DNA of 64,000 nucleotides from Escherichia coli (GTDB taxonomy: Bacteria; Pseudomonadota; Gammaproteobacteria; Enterobacterales; Enterobacteriaceae), in assembly GCF_003790525.1 (NCBI RefSeq), contig NZ_CP033635.1; one strand, 5' to 3'. Both the position numbers and the translations under genes were made by a program. Shown piece by piece: positions 1-10,641 of the stretch. Numbering within the stretch: position 1 is the first letter of the stretch; each line of letters begins with the position of its first letter. The notes beneath the pieces are model-generated. The model made no database searches and had not been told where the DNA came from. It worked only from the letters and a program-made list of their open reading frames with translations.

Positions 1-171
1 TTCAGAGCGGTTTCCGCCGATCCGTCGAAAGCCACCATTAGTGTGAAAGATATGACAATTACGGTAAACGGCGTGGCGACAGGTAAGGTGCAGATCCCTG
101 TGGTGAGCGGAAATGGTCAGTTCGCCGCAGTGGCTGAAGTCACCGTTAGTGAAGCGGGCGCTGCAGGGTAA
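1..171 (+). CDS. V: major tail protein V, C-terminal Ig-like domain (5' end outside window)
   Basis: Frame-1 translation [56 protein letters not shown], stop TAA 169-171; resembles lambda gpV C-terminus and lies directly upstream of G. Confidence 0.55.
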   Translation, partial: FRAVSADPSKATISVKDMTITVNGVATGKVQIPVVSGNGQFAAVAEVTVSEAGAAG

Positions 172-184
172 ACGGAGGTAATAC

Positions 185-616
185 ATGTTTCTGAAAACAG
201 AACAATTTGAATATAACGGTGTGTCTGTCACGCTTTCCGAATTGTCTGCGCTGCAGCGTATCGAGCATCTTGCCCTCCTGAAACGGCGTGCAGAACAGGC
301 AGAATCCAGCGGCAACCTGCAGGTAAGCGTGGAAGATCTCGTCAGAACCGGCGCGTTTCTGGTGGCGATGTCCCTGTGGCATAACCATCCACAGAAAACG
401 CAGTCACCGTCAATGAATGAGGCCGTGATGAAGATAGAGCAGGAAGTGCTCACCACCTGGCCTGCCGATGCCATTGCCCGGGCGGAAGACGTGGTGTTGT
501 GCCTGTCCGGGATGATCGAAGCTGTTCGTCCGGATACTGATATTACTGAAGTGGCGAAAAATAACACGCTGACTGATGATGATTTTTCTGCGGGAAAGTC
601 TTCGACGGCGAGCTGA
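185..616 (+). CDS. G: tail assembly chaperone G
   Basis: 143-aa ORF MFLKTEQFEYNGVSVTLSELSALQRIEHLALLKRRAEQ... closely resembles lambda gpG as recalled; position between V and H. Confidence 0.85.
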   Translation: MFLKTEQFEYNGVSVTLSELSALQRIEHLALLKRRAEQAESSGNLQVSVEDLVRTGAFLVAMSLWHNHPQKTQSPSMNEAVMKIEQEVLTTWPADAIARAEDVVLCLSGMIEAVRPDTDITEVAKNNTLTDDDFSAGKSSTAS

Positions 617-1032
617 ACTTTGCCCTCAGACTGGCGCGTGAGATGGGGAGACCCGACTGGCGCGCCATGCTTGCCGGGATGTCATCCACGGAGTATGCCG
701 ACTGGCACCGCTTTTACAGTACCCATTATTTTCATGATGTTCTGCTGGATATGCACTTTTCCGGGCTGACGTACACCGTGCTCAGCCTGTTTTTCAGCGA
801 TCCGGATATGCATCCGCTGGATTTCAGTCTGCTGAACCGGCGTGAGGCTGACGAAGAGCCTGAAGATGATGTGCTGATGCAGAAAGCGGCAGGGCTTGCC
901 GGAGGCGTCCGCTTTGGCCCGGACGGGAATGAAGTTATCCCTGCATCCCCGGATGTGGCGGACATGACGGAGGATGACGTAATGCTGATGACAGTATCAG
1001 AAGGGATCGCAGGAGGAGTCCGGTATGGCTGA
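185..1032 (+). CDS. GT: tail assembly chaperone G-T fusion (made by -1 frameshift at 592-598; T part 598-1032)
   Basis: T-frame ORF 643-1032 (MGRPDWRAMLAGMSSTEYADW...) is open upstream to the slip site; arrangement matches lambda G/GT. Confidence 0.75.
592..598 (+). other. programmed -1 ribosomal frameshift slippery heptamer G GGA AAG (G to GT)
   Basis: GGGAAAG at 592-598 lies in the G zero frame (gcG GGA AAG) near the G 3' end; the -1 frame is open from 598 into the T ORF (VFDGELNFALRLAREM...). Confidence 0.8.
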
Positions 1033-3604
1033 ACCGGTAGGCGATCTGGTCGTTGATTTAAGTCTGGATGCGGCCAGGTTTGACGAGCAGATGGCCAGAG
1101 TCAGGCGTCATTTTTCCGGTACGGAAAGTGATGCGAAAAAAACAGCGGCAGTCGTTGAACAGTCAATGAACCGGCAGGCGCTGGCTGCACAGAAAGCGGG
1201 GATTTCCGTCGGACAGTATAAAGCCGCCATGCGTATGCTGCCTGCACAGTTCACCGACGTGGCCACACAGCTTGCAGGCGGGCAGAGTCCGTGGCTGATC
1301 CTGCTGCAACAGGGCGGTCAGGTGAAGGACTCCTTCGGCGGGATGATCCCCATGTTCAGGGGGCTTGCCGGTGCGATCACCCTGCCGATGGTCGGGGCCA
1401 CCTCGCTGGCGGTGGCGACCGGTGCGCTGGCGTATGCCTGGTATCAGGGCAACTCAACCCTGTCCGATTTCAACAAAACGCTGGTCCTTTCCGGCAATCA
1501 GGCGGGACTGACGGCAGATCGTATTCTGGCCCTGTCCAGAGCCGGGCAGGCGGCAGGGCTGACGTTTAACCAGACCAGCGAGTCACTCAGTGCACTGGTT
1601 AAGGCGGGGGTAAGCGGTGAGGCTCAGATTGCGTCCATCAGCCAGAGTGTGGCGCGTTTCTCCTCTGCATCCGGCGTGGAGGTGGACAAGGTCGCTGAAG
1701 CCTTCGGGAAGCTGACCACAGACCCGACGTCGGGACTGACAGCGATGGCACGTCAGTTCCATAACGTGACGGCGGAGCAGATTGCGTATGTTGCTCAGTT
1801 GCAGCGTTCCGGAGATGAAGCCGGGGCATTGCAGGCGGCGAACGAGGCCGCAACGAAAGGGTTTGATGACCAGACCCGCCGCCTGAAAGAGAACATGGGC
1901 ACGCTGGAGACCTGGGCAGACAGGACAGCACGGGCATTCAAATCCATGTGGGATTCGGTGCTGGATATTGGTCGCCCGGACACTGCCCAGGGAATGCTGG
2001 AGAAAGCAGAAAAGGCTTTTGATGAGGCGGACAAAAAATGGCAGTGGTATCAGAGCCGGAGCCACCGGCGCGGTAAAACCTCAGCATTTCTTGCCAATCT
2101 CCGGGGAGCATGGGAGGACAGAGCGAATGCGCAACTTGGGCTTTCAGCCGCCACGTTGCAGGCCGATCTTGAAAAGGCCAGAGAGATGGCAGCAAAGGAC
2201 TGGGCCGAGTCTGAGGCATCACGGCTGAAATATACCGAAGAGGCGCAGAAGGCTTACGAACGGCTGCAGACACCGCTGGAGAAATATACCGCCCGTCAGG
2301 AAGAACTGAACAAGGCACTGAAAGACGGGAAAATCCTGCAGGCAGATTACAACACGCTGATGGCGGCGGCGAAAAAGGATTATGAAGCGACGCGGAAAAA
2401 GCCGAAACAGTCCGGCGTGAAGGTGTCTGCGGGCGATCGTCAGGAAGACAGTGCTCATGCTGCCCTGCTGACGCTTCAGGCAGAACTCCGGACGCTGGAG
2501 AAGCATGCCGGAGCGAATGAGAAAATCAGCCAGCAGCGCCGGGATTTGTGGAAGGCAGAAAGTCAGTTCGCGGTACTGGAGGAGGCGGCACAACGTCGCC
2601 AGCTGTCCGCACAGGAGAAATCCCTGCTGGCGCATAAAGATGAGACGCTGGAGTACAAACGCCAGCTGGCTGCACTTGGCGACAAGGTTACGTATCAGGA
2701 GCGCCTGAACGCGCTGGCGCAGCAGGCGGATAAATTCGCACAGCAGCAACGGGCAAAACGGGCCGCCATTGATGCGAAAAGCCGGGGGGTGACTGACCGG
2801 CAGGCAGAACGGGAAGCCACGGAACAGCGCCTGAAGGAACAGTATGGCGATAATCCGCTGGCGCTGAATAACGTCATGTCAGAGCAGAAAAAGACCTGGG
2901 CGGCTGAAGACCTGCTTCGCGGGAGCTGGATGGCAGGCCTCAGGTCCGGCTGGAGCGAGTGGAAAGAGAGTGCCACGGACAGTATGTCGCAGGTTAAAAG
3001 TGCTGCCACGCAGACCTTTGATGGTATTGCGCAGAATATGGCGGCGATGCTGACCGGCAGTGAACAGAACTGGCGTAGCTTCACCCGCTCCGTGCTGTCC
3101 ATGATGACAGAAATTCTGCTTAAGCAGGCAATGGTGGGGATTGTCGGGAGTATCGGCAGCGCCATTGGCGGGGCTGTTGGTGGCGGCGCATCCGCGTCAG
3201 GCGGTACAGCCATTCAGGCCGCTGCGGCGAAATTCCATTTTGCGACCGGAGGGTTTACGGGAACCGGCGGCAAATATGAGCCAGCGGGGATTGTTCACCG
3301 TGGTGAATTTGTCTTCACGAAGGAGGCAACCAGCCGGATTGGTGTCGGCAACCTGTACCGCCTGATGCGGGGCTATGCGGAAGGTGGTTATGTGGGCGGT
3401 GCCGGAAGTCCGGCGCAGATGCGGCGGGCTGAAGGCATTAATTTTAATCAGAACAATCACGTGGTGATTCAGAACGACGGTACGAATGGTCTGCCAGGTC
3501 CACAGATGATGAAGGCAGTGTATGACATGGCCCGCAAGGGTGCCCGTGATGAAATTCAGGCACAGATGCGCGATGGTGGTCTGTTCTCCGGAGGTGGACG
3601 ATGA
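1025..3604 (+). CDS. H: tail tape measure protein H
   Basis: 859-aa ORF, Ala/Gln-rich helical protein with Gly-rich C-terminal part; start overlaps end of T; lambda gene order. Confidence 0.9.
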   Translation: MAEPVGDLVVDLSLDAARFDEQMARVRRHFSGTESDAKKTAAVVEQSMNRQALAAQKAGISVGQYKAAMRMLPAQFTDVATQLAGGQSPWLILLQQGGQVKDSFGGMIPMFRGLAGAITLPMVGATSLAVATGALAYAWYQGNSTLSDFNKTLVLSGNQAGLTADRILALSRAGQAAGLTFNQTSESLSALVKAGVSGEAQIASISQSVARFSSASGVEVDKVAEAFGKLTTDPTSGLTAMARQFHNVTAEQIAYVAQLQRSGDEAGALQAANEAATKGFDDQTRRLKENMGTLETWADRTARAFKSMWDSVLDIGRPDTAQGMLEKAEKAFDEADKKWQWYQSRSHRRGKTSAFLANLRGAWEDRANAQLGLSAATLQADLEKAREMAAKDWAESEASRLKYTEEAQKAYERLQTPLEKYTARQEELNKALKDGKILQADYNTLMAAAKKDYEATRKKPKQSGVKVSAGDRQEDSAHAALLTLQAELRTLEKHAGANEKISQQRRDLWKAESQFAVLEEAAQRRQLSAQEKSLLAHKDETLEYKRQLAALGDKVTYQERLNALAQQADKFAQQQRAKRAAIDAKSRGVTDRQAEREATEQRLKEQYGDNPLALNNVMSEQKKTWAAEDLLRGSWMAGLRSGWSEWKESATDSMSQVKSAATQTFDGIAQNMAAMLTGSEQNWRSFTRSVLSMMTEILLKQAMVGIVGSIGSAIGGAVGGGASASGGTAIQAAAAKFHFATGGFTGTGGKYEPAGIVHRGEFVFTKEATSRIGVGNLYRLMRGYAEGGYVGGAGSPAQMRRAEGINFNQNNHVVIQNDGTNGLPGPQMMKAVYDMARKGARDEIQAQMRDGGLFSGGGR

Positions 3605-3930
3605 AGACCTTCCGCTGGAAAGTGAAACCCGGTATGGATGTGGCTTCGGCCCCTTCCGTCAGGAAAGTGCGCTTTGGTGATGGCTATTCCCAGCGAGCGC
3701 CTGCCGGTCTGAATGCCGACCTGAAAACGTACAGCGTGACGCTGTCTGTCTCCCGTGAGGAGGCCACGGCGCTGGAGTCGTTTCTGGCTGAGCACGGGGG
3801 CTGGAAGGCCTTTCTGTGGACGCCGCCTTATGAGTGGCGGCAGATAAAGGTGACCTGCGCAAAATGGTCGTCGCAGGTCCGTATGTTGCGTGTTGAGTTC
3901 AGCGCAGAGTTTGAACAGGTGGTGAACTGA
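3601..3930 (+). CDS. M: minor tail protein M
   Basis: 109-aa ORF, ATGA overlap with H stop; length and position as lambda gpM. Confidence 0.85.
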   Translation: MKTFRWKVKPGMDVASAPSVRKVRFGDGYSQRAPAGLNADLKTYSVTLSVSREEATALESFLAEHGGWKAFLWTPPYEWRQIKVTCAKWSSQVRMLRVEFSAEFEQVVN

Positions 3931-4628
3931 TGCAGGATATCCGGCAGGAAACACTGAATGAATGCACCCGTGCGGAGCAGTCGGCCAGCGTGGTGCTCTG
4001 GGAAATCGATCTGACAGAGGTCGGTGGCGAACGTTATTTTTTCTGTAATGAGCAGAACGAAAAAGGTGAGCCGGTCACCTGGCAGGAGCGGCAGTATCAG
4101 CCGTATCCCATTCAGGGGAGTGGTTTTGAACTGAATGGCAAAGGCACCAGTACGCGCCCCACGCTGACGGTTTCTAACCTGTACGGTATGGTCACCGGTA
4201 TGGTGGAAGATATGCAGAGTCTGGTCGGCGGAACGGTGGTCCGGCGTAAAGTTTATGCCCGTTTTCTGGATGCGGTGAACTTCGTCAACGGAAACAGTGA
4301 CGCCGATCCGGAGCAGGAGGTTATCAGCCGCTGGCGCATCGAGCAGTGCAGTGATTTGACAGCGGTCAGCGCGACCTTTGTACTGGCCACGCCGACGGAA
4401 ACGGACGGCGCTGTTTTTCCGGGACGTATCATGCTGGCCAACACCTGCACCTGGACCTATCGCGGCGATGAGTGCGGTTATAGCGGTCCGGCGGTCGCGG
4501 ATGAATATGATCAGCCGACGTCCGATATCACGAAGGATAAATGCAGCAAATGCCTGAGCGGCTGTAAGTTCCGCAATAACGTCGGCAACTTTGGCGGTTT
4601 TCTTTCCATTCACAAACTTTCGCAGTAA
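3930..4628 (+). CDS. L: minor tail protein L
   Basis: 232-aa ORF MQDIRQETLNECTRAEQSASVVLWEIDLTEVGGERYFFCNEQNEKGEPVTWQ... closely resembles lambda gpL as recalled. Confidence 0.9.
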   Translation: MQDIRQETLNECTRAEQSASVVLWEIDLTEVGGERYFFCNEQNEKGEPVTWQERQYQPYPIQGSGFELNGKGTSTRPTLTVSNLYGMVTGMVEDMQSLVGGTVVRRKVYARFLDAVNFVNGNSDADPEQEVISRWRIEQCSDLTAVSATFVLATPTETDGAVFPGRIMLANTCTWTYRGDECGYSGPAVADEYDQPTSDITKDKCSKCLSGCKFRNNVGNFGGFLSIHKLSQ

Positions 4629-4632
4629 TTCC

Positions 4633-5376
4633 ATGACAGAGACAGAATCAGCGATTCTGGCGCACGCCCGGCGATGTGCGCCAGCGGAGTCGTGCGGCTT
4701 CGTGGTGAGAGCGCCGGAGGGGGAAAGATATTTCCCCTGCGTGAATATCTCCGGTGAGCCGGAGGCGTATTTCCGGATGTCGCCGGAGGACTGGCTGCAG
4801 GCAGAGATGCAGGGTGAGATTGTGGCGCTGGTCCACAGCCACCCCGGTGGTCTGCCCTGGCTGAGTGAGGCCGACCGGCGGCTGCAGGTGCAGAGTGATT
4901 TGCCGTGGTGGCTGGTCTGCCGGGGGGCGATTCACAAGTTCCGCTGTGTGCCGCATCTCACCGGGCGGCGTTTTGAGCACGGGGTGACGGACTGTTACAC
5001 GCTGTTCCGCGATGCCTATCATCTTGCAGGTATCGATTTGCCGGATTTTTACCGACATGATGACTGGTGGAAATCAGGTCAGAATCTCTATCTTGACAAT
5101 ATGGAGGCGACTGGTTTTTACCGTGTCGCACTGACAGAGGCGCAGCCCGGCGACGTGCTGCTGTGCTGTTTTGGTTCATCGGTGCCGAATCATGCCGCCA
5201 TTTACTGCGGCGACGGCGGGCTGCTGCACCATATTCCTGAACAACTGAGCAAACGAGAGAGGTATACCGACAAATGGCAGCGACGCACACACTCCCTCTG
5301 GCGTCACCGGGCATGGCACGCATCTGCCTTTACGGGGATTTGCAACGATTTGGCCGCCGCATCGACCTTCGTGTGA
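4633..5376 (+). CDS. K: tail assembly protein K (NlpC/P60-like)
   Basis: ORF in frame with track ORF 4591-5376; ATG at 4633 chosen (MTETESAILAHARRCAPAESCGFVV...); 3' end overlaps I, start uncertain. Confidence 0.8.
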   Translation: MTETESAILAHARRCAPAESCGFVVRAPEGERYFPCVNISGEPEAYFRMSPEDWLQAEMQGEIVALVHSHPGGLPWLSEADRRLQVQSDLPWWLVCRGAIHKFRCVPHLTGRRFEHGVTDCYTLFRDAYHLAGIDLPDFYRHDDWWKSGQNLYLDNMEATGFYRVALTEAQPGDVLLCCFGSSVPNHAAIYCGDGGLLHHIPEQLSKRERYTDKWQRRTHSLWRHRAWHASAFTGICNDLAAASTFV

Positions 5377-5921
5377 AAACGGGAGCCGAAGCCATCCGGG
5401 CGCTGGCCACGCAGCTCCCGGCGTTTCGTCAGAAACTGAGCGACGGCTGGTATCAGGTGCGTATTGCCGGGCGTGATACAGGCGAAAACGAATTATCAGC
5501 CCGTCTTAATGAACCGCTGGCAAATGGTGCCGTGATCCACATCGTGCCGCGTCTGGCGGGAGCCAAACGTGGTGGTGTGTTTCAGGCAGTGCTGGGCGCG
5601 GCGCTGATTGCGGTGGCATGGTGGAACCCTGCAGGCTGGCTGGGGGCTGCGGCTTTATCGGGCATGTATGCGGCAGGGGCCAGTATGGTGCTCGGTGGTG
5701 TGGCGCAGATGCTGGCACCGAAAGCCAGAATGCCCGGAGTATCAGCCACGGATAACGGCAAACAGAACACCTATTTCTCCTCACTGGAAAACATGGTTGC
5801 CCAGGGGAATGCTCTGCCCGTTCTGTACGGTGAAATGCGCGTGGGGTCACGGGTAATTTCGCAGGAGATCAGCACAGCGGATGAGGGGGATGGCGTCCGG
5901 GTTGTGGTGATTGGTCGCTGA
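5274..5921 (+). CDS. I: tail assembly protein I
   Basis: 215-aa ORF MAATHTLPLASPGMARICLYGDLQRFGRRIDLRVKTGAEAIRALATQLPAFRQKLSDGWYQVRIAGRD... closely resembles lambda gpI as recalled; Gly/Ala-rich hydrophobic middle. Confidence 0.85.
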   Translation: MAATHTLPLASPGMARICLYGDLQRFGRRIDLRVKTGAEAIRALATQLPAFRQKLSDGWYQVRIAGRDTGENELSARLNEPLANGAVIHIVPRLAGAKRGGVFQAVLGAALIAVAWWNPAGWLGAAALSGMYAAGASMVLGGVAQMLAPKARMPGVSATDNGKQNTYFSSLENMVAQGNALPVLYGEMRVGSRVISQEISTADEGDGVRVVVIGR

Positions 5922-5939
5922 TGCAAAATGTTTTATGTG

Positions 5940-5960
5940 AAACCGCCTCCGGGCGGTTTT
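5940..5960 (+). other. GC hairpin followed by T-rich tract between I and J
   Basis: aaaccgcctccgggcggtttt: stem ccgcc/ggcgg, about 20 nt upstream of the J start. Confidence 0.35.
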
Positions 5961-5981
5961 GTCGTTTATGGAGCATGACGA

Positions 5982-8900
5982 ATGGGTAAAGGCAGCAGTA
6001 AGGGGCATACCCCGCGCGAAGCGAAGGACAACCTGAAGTCCACGCAGTTGCTGAGTGTGATCGATGTCATCAGCGAAGGGCCGATACAAGGACCGGTGGA
6101 TGGATTAAAAAGCGTGCTGCTGAACGGTACGCCGGTGCTGGACAGTGAGGGGAATACCAATATATCCGGCGTCACGGTGGTATTCCGGGCCGGTGAGCAG
6201 GAGCAGACGCCGCCGGAGGGATTTGAATCCTCCGGCTCCGAGACGGTGCTGGGTACGGAAGTGAAGTACGACACGCCGATCACCCGGACCATCACGTCGG
6301 CAAACATCGACCGTCTGCGCCTGACCTTCGGTGTGCAGGCTCTGGTGGAAACCACCTCAAAGGGGGACCGGAATCCGTCGGAAGTCCGCCTGCTGGTTCA
6401 GATACAGCGTAACGGTGGCTGGGTGACGGAAAAAGACATCACCATTAAGGGCAAAACCACCTCGCAGTATCTGGCCTCGGTGGTGGTGGGTAACCTGCCG
6501 CCGCGCCCGTTTAATATCCGGATGCGCAGGATGACGCCGGACAGCACCACAGACCAGCTGCAGAACAAAACGCTCTGGTCGTCATACACCGAAATCATCG
6601 ATGTGAAACAGTGCTACCCGAACACGGCACTGGTCGGTGTGCAGGTGGATTCGGAGCAGTTCGGCAGCCAGCAGGTGAGCCGTAATTATCATTTTCGCGG
6701 GCGCATTCTGCAGGTGCCGTCGAACTATAACCCGCAGACGCGGCAATACAGCGGTATCTGGGACGGAACGTTTAAACCGGCATACAGCGATAACCCGGCC
6801 TGGTGTCTGTGGGATATGCTGACCCACCCGCGCTACGGCATGGGGAAACGTGTTGGCGCAGCGGATGTGGACAAATGGGCGCTGTATGTTATCGGCCAGT
6901 ACTGCGACCAGTCGGTGCCGGACGGCTCTGGTGGCACGGAGCCGCGCATCACCTGTAATGCCTGGCTGACCAGGCAGCGTAAGGCGTGGGATGTGCTCAG
7001 TGATTTCTGCTCGGCGATGCGCTGTATGCCGGTATGGAACGGGCAGACGCTGACGTTCGTGCAGGACCGGCCGTCGGATAAGGTGTGGACCTATAACCGC
7101 AGTAATGTGGTGATGCCGGATGATGGCGCGCCGTTCCGCTACAGCTTCAGCGCCCTGAAGGACCGCCATAATGCCGTTGAGGTGAACTGGAGTGACCCGG
7201 ATAACGGCCAGGAGACGGCGACAGAGCTTGTGGAGGACACGCAGGCCATTGCCCGTTACGGTCGTAACGTCACGAAGATGGATGCCTTTGGCTGTACCAG
7301 CCGGGGGCAGGCACACCGCGCCGGGCTGTGGCTGATTAAAACAGAACTGCTGGAGACGCAGACCGTGGATTTCAGCGTGGGTGCTGAAGGGCTTCGCCAT
7401 GTACCGGGGGATGTCATTGAAATCTGCGATGATGACTATGCCGGTATCAGCACCGGTGGTCGTGTGCTGGCGGTGAACAGCCAGACCCGGACGCTGACGC
7501 TCGACCGTGAAATCACGCTGCCATCCTCCGGTACCACGCTGATAAGTCTGGTTGACGGAAGTGGCAATCCGGTCAGCGTGGAGGTTCAGTCCGTCACCGA
7601 CGGCGTGAAGGTAAAAGTGAGCCGGGTTCCTGACGGCGTTGCCGAGTACAGCGTGTGGGGGCTGAAGCTGCCGACGCTGCGCCAGCGCCTGTTCCGCTGC
7701 GTGAGTATCCGTGAGAACGACGACGGCACGTATGCCATCACCGCCGTGCAGCATGTACCGGAAAAAGAGGGCATCGTGGATAACGGGGCACACTTTGACG
7801 GTGACCAGAGCGGCACGGTGAATGGTGTCACGCCGCCAGCAGTGCAGCACCTGACTGTCGAAGTCACCGCAGACAGCGGGGAGTATCAGGTACTGGCCCG
7901 CTGGGACACGCCGAAGGTGGTGAAGGGCGTGAGCTTCCTGCTTCGCCTGACCGTGGCCGCGGATGACGGCAGTGAGCGGCTGGTCAGCACGGCCCGGACG
8001 ACGGAAACCACATACCGCTTCAGGCAGCTGGCACCGGGGAACTACAGGCTGACAGTCCGGGCAGTAAATGCCCGGGGGCAGCAGGGAGACCCGGCGTCGG
8101 TATCGTTCCGGATTGCCGCACCGGCAGCGCCGTCGCGGATTGAGCTGACGCCGGGCTATTTTCAGATAACCGCCACGCCGCATCTTGCGGTTTATGATCC
8201 GACGGTACAGTTTGAGTTCTGGTTTTCGGAAAAGCGGATTACCGATATCAGGCAGGTTGAAACCACAGCCCGTTATCTTGGTACCGGAAGTCAGTGGCTT
8301 GTCTCCGGCCAGAATATTAAACCTGGCCATGATTATTACTTTTATATCCGCAGTGTTAACACTGTCGGTAAATCGGCATTCGTGGAGGCAGTCGGTCGGG
8401 CGAGTAATGATCCTGCCGGTTACCTTAATTTTTTCAGGGGGGCGATAAATAAAACGCATCTGGGACGGGAGATCAATGAACGCATTGATGCCTCTGCACG
8501 GCGCACTGAAGTTGAGCAACTGGAGAATGCGATTAACCGCGAAATGACGCAGCTGGAGAATGCGATTAACCGCGAAATGACGCAGCTGGAGAAAGATGTG
8601 AGGCAGCGTGCGGAGCGTGATATCGCAGAGGTGACGAAAAAAATCACGGCGTCTGAAAACAGCATAACGGAACTGGTGGCGAAAAAGAGCGGTGAACAGT
8701 CGCTGGCCATTGCGAAAGTCGACAGGAAAGTTGACAGCGTGAGCAGTGAAATCCGGCAGACAGTGAGCAGGAGCACGGAGGAGAACAGCCGACAGATAGC
8801 GCAGGTCAGGCAGTATGTTGATGATAAAAGTGCGCAAATAAGTACTGTTGTGGCGAAAAAGAGCGGTGAACAGTCGCTGGCCATTGCGAAAGTCGACAGG

Positions 8901-9698
8901 AAAGTTGACAGCGTGAGCAGTGAAATCCGGCAGACAGTAAGCAGGAGCACGGAGGAGAACAGCCGACAGATAGCGCAGGTCAGGCAGTATGTTGATGATA
9001 AAAGTGCGCAAATAAGTACTGTTGTGGCGAAAAAGAGCGGTGAACAGTCAATGGCCATTGCGGAAGTTGACAGAAAAGTTGACAGGATGGGCAGCGAAAT
9101 CCGGCAGACAGTAAGCAGGAGCACGGAGGAGAACAGCCGACAGATAGCGCAGATCAGACAGTATGTTGATGATAAGGGAAGTCAGATCACACAGAGCACG
9201 GATAAAAAACTGGGATCCTGGAATGCCAGCATTGAGCAGATACAGAAAGTTCAGGAGGACACGCGCCGGAACCTGAACAGCATGTGGGCTGTGAAGCTGC
9301 AGCAGACACGGGATGGACGTCTCTATATTGCAGGTATTGGTGCCGGAATCGAAAATACGTCTGACGGAATTCAGAGTCAGATCCTGATGCAGGCAGATCG
9401 TATTGCGATGATTAACCCGGAAAATGGCAATACAACACCTTTGTTTGTGGCTCAGGGTGATCAGCTGTTCATGAATGATGTTTTCATGAAAAAACTGACC
9501 GTGGATTTTGCCAGAGTGACGGGAGATATCCGGTCAGATAATTTTGATTCCGGTAGTCCGGGGTGGCGTTTATCAAGAAACGGCAGCCTTGAAATTAACT
9601 CAGGAAGGCCCGGCGCAGGCCGCCTGTTTTTCAATGGCGAGCGAATCGACGTATATGACGATAACAATGTGTTAAGAGTACGACTGGGGAGACTGTAA
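5982..9698 (+). CDS. J: host specificity / central tail fibre protein J, with repeat-containing C-terminal region
   Basis: 1238-aa ORF after I; N-terminal part lambda-J-like; in-frame tandem repeats in the C-terminal third; C-terminus unlike lambda J. Confidence 0.9.
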   Translation: MGKGSSKGHTPREAKDNLKSTQLLSVIDVISEGPIQGPVDGLKSVLLNGTPVLDSEGNTNISGVTVVFRAGEQEQTPPEGFESSGSETVLGTEVKYDTPITRTITSANIDRLRLTFGVQALVETTSKGDRNPSEVRLLVQIQRNGGWVTEKDITIKGKTTSQYLASVVVGNLPPRPFNIRMRRMTPDSTTDQLQNKTLWSSYTEIIDVKQCYPNTALVGVQVDSEQFGSQQVSRNYHFRGRILQVPSNYNPQTRQYSGIWDGTFKPAYSDNPAWCLWDMLTHPRYGMGKRVGAADVDKWALYVIGQYCDQSVPDGSGGTEPRITCNAWLTRQRKAWDVLSDFCSAMRCMPVWNGQTLTFVQDRPSDKVWTYNRSNVVMPDDGAPFRYSFSALKDRHNAVEVNWSDPDNGQETATELVEDTQAIARYGRNVTKMDAFGCTSRGQAHRAGLWLIKTELLETQTVDFSVGAEGLRHVPGDVIEICDDDYAGISTGGRVLAVNSQTRTLTLDREITLPSSGTTLISLVDGSGNPVSVEVQSVTDGVKVKVSRVPDGVAEYSVWGLKLPTLRQRLFRCVSIRENDDGTYAITAVQHVPEKEGIVDNGAHFDGDQSGTVNGVTPPAVQHLTVEVTADSGEYQVLARWDTPKVVKGVSFLLRLTVAADDGSERLVSTARTTETTYRFRQLAPGNYRLTVRAVNARGQQGDPASVSFRIAAPAAPSRIELTPGYFQITATPHLAVYDPTVQFEFWFSEKRITDIRQVETTARYLGTGSQWLVSGQNIKPGHDYYFYIRSVNTVGKSAFVEAVGRASNDPAGYLNFFRGAINKTHLGREINERIDASARRTEVEQLENAINREMTQLENAINREMTQLEKDVRQRAERDIAEVTKKITASENSITELVAKKSGEQSLAIAKVDRKVDSVSSEIRQTVSRSTEENSRQIAQVRQYVDDKSAQISTVVAKKSGEQSLAIAKVDRKVDSVSSEIRQTVSRSTEENSRQIAQVRQYVDDKSAQISTVVAKKSGEQSMAIAEVDRKVDRMGSEIRQTVSRSTEENSRQIAQIRQYVDDKGSQITQSTDKKLGSWNASIEQIQKVQEDTRRNLNSMWAVKLQQTRDGRLYIAGIGAGIENTSDGIQSQILMQADRIAMINPENGNTTPLFVAQGDQLFMNDVFMKKLTVDFARVTGDIRSDNFDSGSPGWRLSRNGSLEINSGRPGAGRLFFNGERIDVYDDNNVLRVRLGRL
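8520..8585 (+). repeat. 2 x 33-bp in-frame tandem repeat within J ([11 protein letters not shown] x2)
   Basis: ctggagaatgcgattaaccgcgaaatgacgcag occurs twice back to back. Confidence 0.9.
8676..9197 (+). repeat. 3 x 174-bp in-frame tandem repeat within J (58-aa unit [57 protein letters not shown])
   Basis: Unit starts at 8676, 8850 and 9024 (period 174); third copy slightly diverged. Confidence 0.9.
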
Positions 9699-9958
9699 TG
9701 TTCGGAGTCCGGGTATGGTGCAAAGGGCGCCTTGTGACACATGAAATAAACCCAACAGGGGTGCTGGATGTGATCACTGAAGGGACGGGGCAGCGTTCTT
9801 ATACTCCTTTGCAGGGCTGGCGTCTGGAAGTCTGTTCACCGGCCATTCTGATTAACGGTCAGGGAAGTCATACCAGTGCCAGTGTATCCGGCTGGACAGT
9901 GCACTATGCCAACACAAGCTGGCTAAGACCCGTGCTGGTCATGATAAGGGGGATCTGA
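9698..9958 (+). CDS. hypothetical phage protein, translationally coupled to J
   Basis: 86-aa ORF; ATG overlaps J stop (TAATG); no recognised family. Confidence 0.4.
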   Translation: MFGVRVWCKGRLVTHEINPTGVLDVITEGTGQRSYTPLQGWRLEVCSPAILINGQGSHTSASVSGWTVHYANTSWLRPVLVMIRGI

Positions 9959-10620
9959 TGTTTGCACTTAAATTAACTGATGAGCGGGGGAGAGAATGGA
10001 TATCACCTGTTGCGCCGCCACTGAACCTTGTGCGCCGTTTTCATTTCACACTGAGTGCGCGTGATGCGGTGATGCAGTTTATCGACACCGGGGTGCCGAC
10101 GAATTATCGTTGCGTGATTTTTATTAAACAGATAAGCGGTAATCAGTCCTTCCATGGTGAAATGGTTCAGCTTAACGGTACCTGGCAGTATGACATTTTC
10201 AGCGCTGGTACAGGGCAGGAGCCGGGCATGGAACAGGACAGCACATATGTTGTTTATGTTTTTGCCAACATGGTGAATGTATGGCCGCAATGGGGAATAC
10301 AGTTGTGCGACAGTCATGGCAGGGTGGTCTGGAACACGGAAATGCTGCCACTGGAAGTAAAAATGACGCGAATATGGGAAAAGGATGTACCGATCAGTGT
10401 GGGACATGATGTGGCCGTAATGCCGGGGTGTACCCAGTGGACGACAGTTCAGGAAGGGGAGAGTTATTACTGGTATACCGCCAGTTTTAATGCCAGAAAC
10501 TCACAGTTATGGCGTCAGTCAACTTTTGCTGAAGATAACGTAGCGGCGCCCAATGATAATTCAGGTGTTGTTAATAACCTCTGTTATTACATAAATGCAG
10601 AAATTTATGATGCGTACTGA
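9958..10620 (+). CDS. hypothetical phage protein (Trp/Tyr-rich, no signal peptide)
   Basis: 220-aa ORF; ATG overlaps preceding stop (TGATG); co-oriented with tail genes; not Lom-like. Confidence 0.5.
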   Translation: MFALKLTDERGREWISPVAPPLNLVRRFHFTLSARDAVMQFIDTGVPTNYRCVIFIKQISGNQSFHGEMVQLNGTWQYDIFSAGTGQEPGMEQDSTYVVYVFANMVNVWPQWGIQLCDSHGRVVWNTEMLPLEVKMTRIWEKDVPISVGHDVAVMPGCTQWTTVQEGESYYWYTASFNARNSQLWRQSTFAEDNVAAPNDNSGVVNNLCYYINAEIYDAY

Positions 10621-10641
10621 TAGTTATGTTGAGGGCATGTA

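Noticed and set aside
1583-3460. Multiple antisense and off-frame ORFs inside the tape measure gene
   Set aside because: High-GC repetitive coding region gives long chance ORFs; H is continuous and in lambda order.
4591-4632. Track start of K at 4591
   Set aside because: Position 4591 is a TTG inside the end of L; the ATG at 4633 gives the expected K N-terminus, though the start stays uncertain.
6582-9011. 809-aa minus-strand ORF (and 8420-9124, 234 aa) overlapping J
   Set aside because: Antisense to a well-supported tail gene and produced by the in-frame tandem repeats; composition is low-complexity and not protein-like.
8460-9200. Possible CRISPR array suggested by regularly spaced repeats
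   Set aside because: Repeats are 33-bp and 174-bp in-frame units inside J with no unique spacers; same reasoning for the 99-bp repeats at 18743-19175.
9698-10620. Lom outer-membrane protein at the lambda lom position
   Set aside because: Neither ORF has a signal peptide or the beta-barrel pattern; left as hypothetical.
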